Assembly: GCA_037143135.1 (NCBI GenBank)
Contig: JBAWZH010000001.1
Location: 9,553 to 73,552, forward strand
Source: a bacterium
Lineage (GTDB): Bacteria > Verrucomicrobiota > Kiritimatiellia > CAIKKV01 > CAITUY01
Length of the DNA: 64,000 nt
Direction of reading: 5' to 3'
How positions within the stretch are numbered: the stretch's first letter is position 1; each line of letters starts with the position of its first letter. The position numbers were made by a program, and so were the translations under genes. The notes under the pieces are model-generated. The model saw only the letters and a program-made list of their open reading frames with translations, had not been told where the DNA came from and searched no databases. Below, in pieces: positions 1-9,169 of this stretch.

Positions 1-1
1 C

Positions 2-1984
2 GAAAAAGGGATTGCCGAAAAACTTGATGAACAGCTGAACCTTCTTGCAAGATTTGACCGCCCTATTCCAGATCGTCTCGAAGAACGTGCCCACGCACTG
101 ATTGATGCCCATCATCTTGCACAAGAGAGGCGTCGCAAAAGATGGATGGTTACAGCTGCTGTCGGCATCGTTCTAATTGCGAGCGCAGTAGCATTCGTGT
201 TTATTCGGCACAGTCATAAAGAGATAAAAGCCCAACTGTTGAATAATTTGGCGAATGCATACAAGGTTGAGGACGTAGAACGCTTCAACATGTTGTTATC
301 CCGTACAGAACGAGACCAGTCATGGCTCATGCGAGACCCGGATGTTAGACTATGGGCACAGAAGAGTGCGCACTTAGCAGGTCTTTTAGCCAAGAAACAA
401 AGTTCATTCCTGCAGTCACTCTCACGGTTGGAGTCAATTCGAGATGGCGGGTTCAAGCAGGGATTAGACGGCATTGAAGATCTCATCACAGTTGCTAAAA
501 ATAATGTGACTCAAGGTGCTGACCGTGGACGTTTAGCAGTAATTCTTCAAGAGTGGGAGTCGCATAAGCTTGCAAATCAGGCTGAAATAGATCGTCAGGC
601 AGCAGCGTCTATTGACGAGATTACGTACTCCCTTGAAAAAATAGCAAGTCTCTGTGTTACCAATTGGGCGTCTGCTAAATCTGAACTGGCTGAGTTGCGG
701 TTCAAAGCCAAAGCGGTTGAAAATAAGATTGAAAGTGCATCTCCTGAACCGAAAGCAAGGATGGCATCGCAGATCAGCAGAATTGACGCGATCTGCAAGG
801 AAATAGAATGCAAGGAGCGGCAGCTTCAAGTAATTCGTGAAGCTTCAACATTGCGCGACTATTTGAATGGTGTTCAGACTTATGTTCGAGCTTTTCCAAA
901 TGATAAGAGCAGCAACTTGATGAAAGATGTTTTACGGGAACAGAGTGACTATCTATCATTCATTGAACCATCATTTAACTGCAATTCAAGCAATCCCTTC
1001 TGGTATTCCCTTTCTAAAGATCGTGCAGCGATAACCCAACTTACAACAGAGAAATGGCCAGAGGTTAAAACCCTTTTGATGGGCTTGAATCAAGAAACGA
1101 GATTAATGGAGCTCTGGGAATGCGACACGACCAAAGGGAAAGTATTCTTCGAAGGGAAGCCGAAGGAAGTCTACCTTAAAGGTTTCAGGGAATATGAGGG
1201 CTCTGCTTATACACCAGGTGAGTCCGACATTCAGCCTGAATTTAAATCTACTACAGTTGACGGGAATACCATTAAGTCAGCGCGAATTATGTCGCATTGT
1301 GACTTTGTAAAAGGAGTCATTAGCATGGCTAGGTTCTCGACGGCGAGCACAGCGCCAGACGATTTGATGAATAAAATGCAAGAACTTTATGAAACTAATG
1401 GGATATCACCCCTTTTGAAGATTCGCTTGATGGGTATACTTTTCGATAGCTTAACAACGTTGATCGGTCAAGATCAGATCCCCGGAGGCAGGTCACTAAC
1501 ACGTGATTTGAAATCTATTGATTCGGATCTCCATTGGTTGTGTATTCGGAATAGAGACGTATTGATTGCCAACAAAAAGGCAGAGACCATCATGCGGCCA
1601 TACTTTGATGGCGGATCTCTGTTCCGGCGAAACCGTTTTAATAACGATGTTCGAAACCTATGCCTGCAAAGGAGCATTAGGTGGCTCGGATATGCTGATT
1701 TGGAAGATTCTTCCAAGGTAATTTGGAAAACACAGTCTAAACCTGTAGAAATCTGGATCGTGAGATCATCAGGCAGTAATGGATTGCAGGTTATACTAGC
1801 CGCAGAACGAAAGGGCGAAGTTATGACTCAATATGTGCCGTACATTTGTGGAGAACCACTTTTTGCGCCGGCTGATGACATTGCAACACGAGTTCATATG
1901 ACTAAACTAAAAACCAAATATAACCTCACAGAAACTAAGACTTTAAAATGGCCATTGGTGTGGCCGGCAAATTTCCGGCAATGA
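2..1984 (+). CDS. Membrane-anchored protein of unknown function; 5' end lies outside the window
   Basis: The frame of ORF 146..1984 has no stop back to base 2 (48 sense codons before the ATG), so the gene probably starts upstream. RRRKRW is followed by TM helix VTAAVGIVLIASAVAFVFI. The stop overlaps the next start (ATGA at 1981). No family recognised. Confidence 0.55.
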   Translation, partial: EKGIAEKLDEQLNLLARFDRPIPDRLEERAHALIDAHHLAQERRRKRWMVTAAVGIVLIASAVAFVFIRHSHKEIKAQLLNNLANAYKVEDVERFNMLLSRTERDQSWLMRDPDVRLWAQKSAHLAGLLAKKQSSFLQSLSRLESIRDGGFKQGLDGIEDLITVAKNNVTQGADRGRLAVILQEWESHKLANQAEIDRQAAASIDEITYSLEKIASLCVTNWASAKSELAELRFKAKAVENKIESASPEPKARMASQISRIDAICKEIECKERQLQVIREASTLRDYLNGVQTYVRAFPNDKSSNLMKDVLREQSDYLSFIEPSFNCNSSNPFWYSLSKDRAAITQLTTEKWPEVKTLLMGLNQETRLMELWECDTTKGKVFFEGKPKEVYLKGFREYEGSAYTPGESDIQPEFKSTTVDGNTIKSARIMSHCDFVKGVISMARFSTASTAPDDLMNKMQELYETNGISPLLKIRLMGILFDSLTTLIGQDQIPGGRSLTRDLKSIDSDLHWLCIRNRDVLIANKKAETIMRPYFDGGSLFRRNRFNNDVRNLCLQRSIRWLGYADLEDSSKVIWKTQSKPVEIWIVRSSGSNGLQVILAAERKGEVMTQYVPYICGEPLFAPADDIATRVHMTKLKTKYNLTETKTLKWPLVWPANFRQ

Positions 1985-3180
1985 ATGATCGAGATTCAAT
2001 TGATACGCGGAACCACGGACTGATACATGTGAGGTGGCGTGGAGTTGTAACCGGGCCTTATCTTGAGCAGACAATTCTTCAAATGCTGCGCGACAATAGC
2101 ATCACAAAGCACCACGAAATATCGAGAGACAGTGTTCGTTGGAGTTCGATCGCTCGAAGTGACTTATTGTCGAAGGCGTTTAATCAAAGCAGTAATGCAA
2201 ATTCTCAGGCCAAAGGTATTGTTGTGAATCACTCGGCAACAAAATCAATGCACAATGCGATATCCTTACAGGATCGGCGAAGCGAGCACGGGACGGGTAT
2301 TGCGCCAAACCGTGAATGCGGCAATCAGGATCCCCTCGATATCAGCGTCTCATCTCATCCCCTAGCCATGGTTTTGTTTGAAATTAAATCCGTTCCCTGG
2401 ATTCTTGCATTTGGCCTGTCCCCGCTGTTGATTCTGTTTCTGCAATCACTTCTAGGGTTATACTTTGCTCAAATCGCATGGCTTTTTAGTGCATACTTTT
2501 GCGCTTTATGGGCCTATATAGTCGGGAGACTCGCAGATCGGAATACTGAGACATGGAAAACAGGCATTTTATATGCCGTATTTACTGCCTTTATTGGAAT
2601 CGCAATGTTGCTTATTTGGCGATTCATACCGGTTATCGGGTCACTTTATGGCGCTATTGAAAGCGCGAATCCTATTAAGCGTCTGTTGGGTTTTGTTTTT
2701 GGTGTCGGCATTTGTGAGGAACTATGCAAGGCAGCCCCTTTGCTGATATTTGGGCTACGTTCCAAAATACTGCAATCTCCAGTTGATGGGCTTTTCTTAG
2801 GTATGATGTCAGGATTGGGTTTCGCCATGAACGAAGGCGTTGGATATACGATACAATACTGGTCAGCCGCGTCTGATCTGGGAGCCACATCTTTTGAACA
2901 ATACGGACAGATATTAGTTGTTCAATTGGTTCGATTCATGTCTCTTCCTCTATTGCATGCTGCTTGGGCAGGATTAGTCGGCTATGGTATAGCTTATGCG
3001 TTTCTCAATGCCCGTTGGGAGTTTGTCTTCCTTAGCATTGGTGCTGCGGCAATATTACATGGTTTCTACAACTTTGCGTCTCCGACAGTGTATTCACTTT
3101 TGATTGCAGGGTTATCGATGTCATTGACTCTGAGTTTACTTGTCAGAGAAACTCAATCCCACAGGAGGTGTTTTTCGTGA
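1981..3180 (+). CDS. PrsW-family intramembrane protease with N-terminal GYF_2-like domain
   Basis: The multi-TM C-terminal half carries PrsW-type motifs: GICEELCKAAPLL (EExxK), GLGFAMNEGVGY, LLHAAWAGLVGYG and ILHGFYNF. The N-terminus IHVRWRGVVTGPYLEQTILQMLRDNSITKHHEISRDSVRWSSI resembles GYF_2. Start moved from 1948 to ATG 1981, which overlaps the upstream stop. Confidence 0.7.
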   Translation: MNDRDSIDTRNHGLIHVRWRGVVTGPYLEQTILQMLRDNSITKHHEISRDSVRWSSIARSDLLSKAFNQSSNANSQAKGIVVNHSATKSMHNAISLQDRRSEHGTGIAPNRECGNQDPLDISVSSHPLAMVLFEIKSVPWILAFGLSPLLILFLQSLLGLYFAQIAWLFSAYFCALWAYIVGRLADRNTETWKTGILYAVFTAFIGIAMLLIWRFIPVIGSLYGAIESANPIKRLLGFVFGVGICEELCKAAPLLIFGLRSKILQSPVDGLFLGMMSGLGFAMNEGVGYTIQYWSAASDLGATSFEQYGQILVVQLVRFMSLPLLHAAWAGLVGYGIAYAFLNARWEFVFLSIGAAAILHGFYNFASPTVYSLLIAGLSMSLTLSLLVRETQSHRRCFS

Positions 3181-4139
3181 GTGACACATATTATCTTCGT
3201 TGGAAATCCCAAGTCACTGGTCCTTACCAAGATGAGGACATAAGGACAATGCTTGAAGAAGCAAGGATTACAAAACACCATCAAGTCTCGACAGATCAAA
3301 CAACATGGATCTCCCTAATAGAATCAGAGGCTTTTCGAAACAATTGCCGTGTTACGCTTGCTCCTAACGTAATCCAAGGTGCCGCTCAGGTAATTAGCGC
3401 GACACCAGTACGCAATCCTGATTGGGAATCGAACACGGGCCGTCTTCGTGTTAAAACGGCTGAAGACATTGCCGATGAATCGATGTGGTATTATGTTGAT
3501 GGCAGTTCTTCAGCGGGACCCGTAAGTGGTGCTGAGTTACAACGACTTGCTGATGAAGGTGTAATAGCAGGTCAAAGTCCAATTTGCCGAGAAGGCGAGG
3601 AGCGCTGGGTCAAGGCAATAACTGTATTCCCCAGTTACTGGTCTGATCAGCCGCGCTCTGTAGATCGAAGTGGTCAAGGGTCTTTGGCTGAGTCTTCTGA
3701 TTTTAGATATGCAGGCTTTTGGATTCGTTTTTGTGCATTATTCATAGACTCAATAATTGTCGGTATTTTTGCGGTTATTACAGAATTTGTCGTTTGTTTT
3801 GCGCTGGGGCTTTCGCTCGGTGCCGCTGGCGCCAATATTGCCTCGATCACATCAAAAGCTGCCCTTCTAGCCATGGCCGTAGGTGCTACAGTCAATTGGC
3901 TCTACTATGCTGCTGGTGAATCTTCTATGGCTCAGGCTACTCTAGGAAAACGCGCTATGGGGATAATTGTCACCGATATGAACGGAAAACGAATCACGTT
4001 CGGACATGCCACTGGGCGATACATAGGGAAGTTTATCTCTAGTATTTTATTGTGCGTTGGGTATCTGATGGTGGCCTTTACTGAAAAGAAACAAGGATTG
4101 CATGACATTATGGCAGGCACATTAGTGCTTCGGAAATAG
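3177..4139 (+). CDS. RDD-family membrane protein with two N-terminal GYF_2-like modules
   Basis: RDD-type membrane domain (RYAGFWIRFCALFIDSIIVG ... QGLHDIMAGTLVL). Two GYF_2-like modules (YYLRWKSQVTGPY..., WYYVDGSSSAGPVSGAELQRLADEGVI...). AGGAGG at 3163-3168 lies 8 nt before GTG 3177, which overlaps the upstream stop (GTGA). The ORF-track start is 3168. Confidence 0.7.
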   Translation: MSDTYYLRWKSQVTGPYQDEDIRTMLEEARITKHHQVSTDQTTWISLIESEAFRNNCRVTLAPNVIQGAAQVISATPVRNPDWESNTGRLRVKTAEDIADESMWYYVDGSSSAGPVSGAELQRLADEGVIAGQSPICREGEERWVKAITVFPSYWSDQPRSVDRSGQGSLAESSDFRYAGFWIRFCALFIDSIIVGIFAVITEFVVCFALGLSLGAAGANIASITSKAALLAMAVGATVNWLYYAAGESSMAQATLGKRAMGIIVTDMNGKRITFGHATGRYIGKFISSILLCVGYLMVAFTEKKQGLHDIMAGTLVLRK

Positions 4140-4174
4140 GGTGCCTTTTTGAGCAATAAGAAAGGGAATGAACG

Positions 4175-5053
4175 ATGACGGAGACAAACCACGAGAAACT
4201 TATTCGCATTCTCGATTGGCGAAAAGAAGATATTGAGCAAAGGATGGGCTTCAAGGGGGGCAAATACACTGATGTTAATAATTTTCTGGCCTTTGGAATA
4301 GCCGCGCTTGTGACGATATTGTTTTATGGTGCGTTGATCGGAACCGGGGAGACTTTGCGTCGGGCGAGTTTCAGCCAAACCTTTTTAGACCGGGGGCCTA
4401 CCCCATACTTCATAATGTTCTTCACCTTTTGGTCACTGAGTACTTTAGCGCTCAAATGGCGAAAACTATTATTTCAGAAAAAAGCCCTTGATCTGGAAAT
4501 TGTACCTCACTCTCACGACTTCTCCCTAGCTCCTGCAACTGCGAGAGATGTTCTAGATCGTATGTACGGGCTTGTCGATGATCCCAAACATTTTGTCCTT
4601 TTCAATAGGATTGAACGCGCATTATTGAACTTGCACAACATAGGGATGATATCTGACGTATCTGAAATGCTTCGATCCCAGGCGCAAAATGATGAGGATC
4701 AGATGGAGTCGAGTTATGGTCTTATACGAGGCTTCATCTGGGGTGTCCCGATTCTCGGATTCATAGGCACAGTGCTCGGATTATCCATTGCCATTGGAAA
4801 GTTTGGAGCCGTACTGAGTGCTGGTGATGCCGTATTACAATTAAAGACATCCCTCACAGAAGTGACTTCCGGGCTTTCTGTTGCCTTCGACTGCACATTT
4901 CTGGCCCTTGTCTCGGCATTTGTGATGCAACTCATATTGACAGCCCTCAAGAAACAAGAGGAAGCCTTCTTTGATGATTGTAAGGACTATTGCCACCGGC
5001 ACATTATCAGCAAATTGCGGCTTAGTCACTTGCAGGGCGAGACTCAAGGGTAA
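4175..5053 (+). CDS. MotA/TolQ/ExbB-family ion-channel (stator-type) protein
   Basis: Two N-terminal TM helices, a cytoplasmic insert, then the family-typical TM pair GFIWGVPILGFIGTVLGLSIAIG ... GLSVAFDCTFLALVSAFVMQLIL. Confidence 0.7.
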   Translation: MTETNHEKLIRILDWRKEDIEQRMGFKGGKYTDVNNFLAFGIAALVTILFYGALIGTGETLRRASFSQTFLDRGPTPYFIMFFTFWSLSTLALKWRKLLFQKKALDLEIVPHSHDFSLAPATARDVLDRMYGLVDDPKHFVLFNRIERALLNLHNIGMISDVSEMLRSQAQNDEDQMESSYGLIRGFIWGVPILGFIGTVLGLSIAIGKFGAVLSAGDAVLQLKTSLTEVTSGLSVAFDCTFLALVSAFVMQLILTALKKQEEAFFDDCKDYCHRHIISKLRLSHLQGETQG

Positions 5054-5071
5054 TATTAGTCAGGTCAATTC

Positions 5072-5866
5072 ATGAGTCGAAGAAACAGAGAAGATAAAAC
5101 TCCCCCAATTTCGCTATTTGCATTTCAAGACGTCATTTCCACTCTTTCTGGAATATTTATCTTTATTGTTTTGATAATGGCCGTTGATCTTTCGATGCTC
5201 AAGCCTGTTGGGGCGGATGGCGACTCGATCAACGATAAAGCGGTCATAGATCAACTCAGGACCTCCGTCCAGGCACTCAAGCAGCGTATTGTTGCTTTGA
5301 AAAGCGCTATGACCACTTTGAGTTCGCAGGACTCTGTAAATATTGCCGAGAAATGTACTCAGACCGAAAACGAAAATGAACTATTGCTTCGCCGGCATCA
5401 ACAACTCGTTGACGCGAATGTGTTGCTCGAAAAGCGACTGAGTGATGTTAAGCACAAACAGCGTGAGTCTGAGGTTAGGATAAATCCGTTGAACCATGAA
5501 ATTCAACGTTTACAGGCTGCGCTTGCAAAGGCGGCAAAAGAGAAGCAACTCTTTTTCATCCCAGAACCCGGTATAACAAAAACACCCCTTATCGTTGAAT
5601 GTTCAAAGGATAAAATTCGCGCAGGCTTTATTGCGCGTGACGCTGAGCCTGTCGTTTTTGAAATTTCTAACCATGGTTATGAAGCTTTCGAGAAATATAT
5701 TGGGCATCTGTCAATTACCAGTGAATATCTTGTATTTATGATAAAACCTTCAGGCAGTATTCATCGCTCGCGCCTATATTCTATCGCAAAATCTGCCGGC
5801 TTTGACTTGGGATTCGATGCCCTCGAGGAGTCGAAAGCGATTAACTTTGGGAAGGCCACACAGTGA
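5072..5866 (+). CDS. ExbD/TolR-like single-TM protein with a long coiled-coil insert
   Basis: N-terminal PPISLFAFQDVISTLSGIFIFIVLIMAV resembles the ExbD/TolR TM helix with its membrane-edge Asp. About 110 aa of heptad-like Q/E/L/K-rich sequence follows. The C-terminal alpha/beta part (PLIVECSKDKIRAGF ... YLVFMIKPSG ... AKSAGFDLGF) is ExbD-periplasmic-domain-like. Confidence 0.45.
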   Translation: MSRRNREDKTPPISLFAFQDVISTLSGIFIFIVLIMAVDLSMLKPVGADGDSINDKAVIDQLRTSVQALKQRIVALKSAMTTLSSQDSVNIAEKCTQTENENELLLRRHQQLVDANVLLEKRLSDVKHKQRESEVRINPLNHEIQRLQAALAKAAKEKQLFFIPEPGITKTPLIVECSKDKIRAGFIARDAEPVVFEISNHGYEAFEKYIGHLSITSEYLVFMIKPSGSIHRSRLYSIAKSAGFDLGFDALEESKAINFGKATQ

Positions 5867-6768
5867 GGCAACGCGCTGAAAGTGATACAAGCAGTTTTTA
5901 CCTGCTGCTTGACATGATGTGCAACGCATTTGGTGGCATAGTATTCATAGGCTTGCTAATTGCTATCCTGTCTAGCTCCATGAGTCGTCAGGATGCAGAA
6001 AAAAAGAGTAACAGCAGTCGAAACCTCGACAAGGTTGAACAGAAATTAGAGGCTGAACGCCTTGCTAGAGAGCAACAAGAACTTACAGCAGCTCAGAGAC
6101 ATTTGGAAGAAACGTTAAGAAAGATTAAGGGGCCATCTGGGGCAAGTCCAGCAACTGATCTTGCTTCTTTGATCTGTAGCAATGGATTATTACAATCTGC
6201 CTGTGATGCTCTTGCCGCTTCTAACTCATTGATATCTGTTTCAATTTTCGACTCCGAAACATCGATTGAGTTAAATTCAACATCAGCAGCCGACGTTGAA
6301 AAGCAAATCACCCGACTTCGTGCGGATCTTTTACAAAAGCAGGAGGCGTCCAAGGAGACGTTGAGATTACCGCGAGAACATCCTGTTACAGGCAAAAACG
6401 CCGCGTTTATCGGAATTAAGGATGGAAAGTTATATGCGATAAGTAATGTGTCAGGATCTCGTCCGCGTAACTACGACCGTGAGGATGTTGATGTCGAAAG
6501 TGGCCCAGGACGGGACGTGGTCGAGTTACGTAAAAACAGAGGGCAGTTCATTAAGCGGGGTTGCGAAGATGAGGGTAAGTTCGCACAGGCGCTCGCAAGT
6601 TTGAATAGTCATTACGAATTTGTGTCATTTGCAGTGTCTACTAATTCATTTGCTGAGTTTAATTATGTGAAAGCTATTTTTGTCGGGCATGGATTCTTAT
6701 ACAACTGGGTCGTCACAGAGGGAGCCATTGAAATTGTGGTTCAGGATGAACCACTCCGTGTTCAGTGA
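5863..6768 (+). CDS. Second ExbD/TolR-like single-TM protein with coiled-coil insert
   Basis: GTG 5863 overlaps the upstream stop (GTGA), with GGGAAGG 8 nt upstream. The TM segment SFYLLLDMMCNAFGGIVFIGLLIAIL has an Asp at the helix edge. A coiled-coil-like region follows, then a C-terminal alpha/beta domain (AAFIGIKDGKLYAISN ... EFVSFAVSTNSF). Confidence 0.4.
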   Translation: MRQRAESDTSSFYLLLDMMCNAFGGIVFIGLLIAILSSSMSRQDAEKKSNSSRNLDKVEQKLEAERLAREQQELTAAQRHLEETLRKIKGPSGASPATDLASLICSNGLLQSACDALAASNSLISVSIFDSETSIELNSTSAADVEKQITRLRADLLQKQEASKETLRLPREHPVTGKNAAFIGIKDGKLYAISNVSGSRPRNYDREDVDVESGPGRDVVELRKNRGQFIKRGCEDEGKFAQALASLNSHYEFVSFAVSTNSFAEFNYVKAIFVGHGFLYNWVVTEGAIEIVVQDEPLRVQ

Positions 6769-6769
6769 G

Positions 6770-7903
6770 TTATTGATGGAAAGAGCGGGCGATCAACATC
6801 ATTAGGCGTAATTCCTCTTCGGTATAAGCGGCAAGTCGAATAAAAGAATTCGCGTTTTCGGTAAACGATTTCACGCGATCCGCCATAATACCTCTAATGA
6901 CTTGCTCATTTGACATACTTCGATCCCAAGCGCGCGCGGATCCCTCGAGAATTGCACAAAGTGATGCGTGTATAGATTCATTCTTGCGGACAATGTGTAG
7001 ATTGCTCTCCATAGTGATGTTCAGTGTGTGTTCGAGTTGATCCCAAGGTTGGGAATGACCCGTGGATCGTGTGCCTTTGCGCCCTATTAGCATAAATGCA
7101 CGTCCAGTCACATAAGCAGCATCACATGCGCCCTCAACATTGGATGGGCGAATGGCGGATAACTTATCAGCAAGGGAGGGAGATGCTGACATTTCACTTT
7201 CTGTCTGGGACGCGACTACAACCGTTACGTCTGCAAGGAGTCGACTGTAACTGGCTATTGCAGATGAATAGTACGGTGCATCTTCTTGTGCGTATATAAG
7301 TTCCATTTGTTTCTGTATTTTATTAGCCAGATTTGTTGAGTCGGCCACATTGGCGCTCTTCAAAAGAATTACCTGTACCTTTATGGATTGTTTGATTGCG
7401 TTCATAATGCGCTGATAAACACTAGTATCGGGCATCTCTAGATATGCGTTATGATCGTGCTCAATTCGCGTCAACTCTTCGATTCGTTCGCTATTGTCCA
7501 GATCTGATGTGTTTGAGGTGACCTTTCTTACTGCTGAGGCATTATCCATAGGTGTACGAACAGTTGAATTTGTGATGGATTCTACTCCATTAGGGAATTG
7601 ACTCGTCTCTGGGGAAACATTCTCAGGGTGCACTTCGGTCGATGTTTTGCCACTGGATGTGTTTGTTAGATTGGGGCTTGTATCTTTACTTGGATCGCTT
7701 GGTTCTTGCTTCCCTCCTGTGTAGTATTTGACACCTGTAAAGACAGCAAATAGAAGCCCTATAACGGTGATGATGATGATGCTGATGAGAAATAGGTTTG
7801 GAGCCGAGCTATTGCGATCCGGCTTCTTTGTGCTAAGCAGTTCTCTGGGAATACGTGGTGGCCTGGGTGGTGTCAGAGATTGGGTATATTTCTTGTCACT
7901 CAT
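6770..7903 (-). CDS. Hypothetical single-TM anchored protein
   Basis: 377-aa ORF with a basic/Pro-rich N-terminus, TM helix LFLISIIIITVIGLLFAVFTGV, an S/T/N-rich linker and a helical C-terminal domain. No family recognised. Confidence 0.5.
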   Translation of the reverse strand: MSDKKYTQSLTPPRPPRIPRELLSTKKPDRNSSAPNLFLISIIIITVIGLLFAVFTGVKYYTGGKQEPSDPSKDTSPNLTNTSSGKTSTEVHPENVSPETSQFPNGVESITNSTVRTPMDNASAVRKVTSNTSDLDNSERIEELTRIEHDHNAYLEMPDTSVYQRIMNAIKQSIKVQVILLKSANVADSTNLANKIQKQMELIYAQEDAPYYSSAIASYSRLLADVTVVVASQTESEMSASPSLADKLSAIRPSNVEGACDAAYVTGRAFMLIGRKGTRSTGHSQPWDQLEHTLNITMESNLHIVRKNESIHASLCAILEGSARAWDRSMSNEQVIRGIMADRVKSFTENANSFIRLAAYTEEELRLMMLIARSFHQ

Positions 7904-7966
7904 TCGAAACCTTTTGCCATCAAATTGTTGACGATCAGAAAATCGCGACCGTAGTGGGGTGGTGTC

Positions 7967-8506
7967 TCACTTTCGGATTGTCGACTTCTTCCCTTGATTT
8001 GGTTGCATCCTTGAGTTTCCCGTAAGTTTGCTCTCGCCGATTATTGGATAGAGAAATGCGGACACTTGAGCGGTTGTAGCAGTAGATGCGATGCCCGATG
8101 CTCGAATCGAAACTGGGGGTTGACCAGGCCTATCAACTGTGTAGTTCCCGCCGCTGGATTGCCGGACATAGATAGGCAGTTTCCCTGGCGTGTTGATAGT
8201 GGCACCACCACCAGATGACGGTCTAATGGTGACTGGTAGCTGCCCAGGCATCGACACCGTCGAGCCCCCTCCCGATACTGGCCTCACGTAGGTCGGCAAT
8301 TGCCCTGGGGTGCTGATTATTGCGCCTCCACCTTGATTAGGCCTTACAGAGATGGGTAGCTCACCCGGCCTATTGATCGTTACTCCACCTCCCTGTGCAG
8401 TCCTCACATAGGTCGGAAGCTTGCCGGGTTCTTGAATAATGTAGGATTGAGCTTCTACTGATAATGCGCAGACGAGAAGTGCCAGAATGAAAACTATATT
8501 TTTCAC
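7967..8506 (-). CDS. Secreted protein with tandem 20-aa PGxLPxxVR-x3-GGG repeats
   Basis: Signal peptide MKNIVFILALLVCALSVEA/QS. It has five full copies and one partial copy of PG(K/E/Q)LP(T/I/V)x(V/I)Rxxx(G/S)GGxx(I/V)xx. Confidence 0.6.
   Translation of the reverse strand: MKNIVFILALLVCALSVEAQSYIIQEPGKLPTYVRTAQGGGVTINRPGELPISVRPNQGGGAIISTPGQLPTYVRPVSGGGSTVSMPGQLPVTIRPSSGGGATINTPGKLPIYVRQSSGGNYTVDRPGQPPVSIRASGIASTATTAQVSAFLYPIIGESKLTGNSRMQPNQGKKSTIRK
8090..8428 (-). repeat. In-frame 60-bp tandem repeat array inside CDS 7967..8506
   Basis: Positions derived from protein residues 27 to about 139, which form consecutive 20-aa units. Boundaries are approximate. Confidence 0.6.
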
Positions 8507-8555
8507 AGGGAGGGAGCATCCTTCCGATTTAGGATTATGGATGATATTGACCCAG

Positions 8556-9095
8556 TTAGCTATTCAAATTCAGGCACACGGGGCAAGCACGGGGCAGATC
8601 CAGATCCTTAAACTGTTTGAAAACAATTCGAATGGATGCCTTGCTTTGTGGTGTGCGTTCCCTGTCGATCAAGGGATCTTGTTGCATTCGCCAGATTGAC
8701 TCATAACGCAGACTACCAAACCGAATTTCAAATGTTATGTCGGTGACGAAATGTAAACCGTTTGCGACATTCTCTAGCAATTGCTCGAGTCTATGTTTTT
8801 CTTTTGAGTTGGCGGTGGTGACTTTTCGCAACAGTTCCATGGCCTCTTGTTTTGCGATGTCATCTGCTACCATGTGTGAATTGTGACACAGCGCGGACAA
8901 TGGCGTTTCAGGAAGATCAACCTGTCCGCCACGACAACACATGACAAGATATGGCATCAAATCAGGGTTACTGTCTGCAATCGGTTGGAATAACCGTGAA
9001 GCTGTACGAATGGCGAGAGCCAATTCGTCCCAACATAAAACGTCCTTTTTCTCTTCTGATACCGGGATGATTTGTCCTGTATTCTCGTCATTCAT
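8556..9095 (-). CDS. Hypothetical protein
   Basis: 179-aa ORF with balanced composition. No motif recognised. Confidence 0.4.
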   Translation of the reverse strand: MNDENTGQIIPVSEEKKDVLCWDELALAIRTASRLFQPIADSNPDLMPYLVMCCRGGQVDLPETPLSALCHNSHMVADDIAKQEAMELLRKVTTANSKEKHRLEQLLENVANGLHFVTDITFEIRFGSLRYESIWRMQQDPLIDRERTPQSKASIRIVFKQFKDLDLPRACPVCLNLNS

Positions 9096-9169
9096 ATGAA
9101 TAGTCTAGGGGCTGCTGGTTCGCACGACCATGGGAGCATCAGGGAACAAACGGGATAATCTGGGATCAT

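Noticed and set aside
4175-6768. Calling the MotA-like cluster a Zorya system
   Set aside because: The MotA-like protein is short (292 aa) and lacks the long ZorA tail. There is no MotB-type peptidoglycan-binding ZorB, and there are no ZorC/D or ZorE-type genes.
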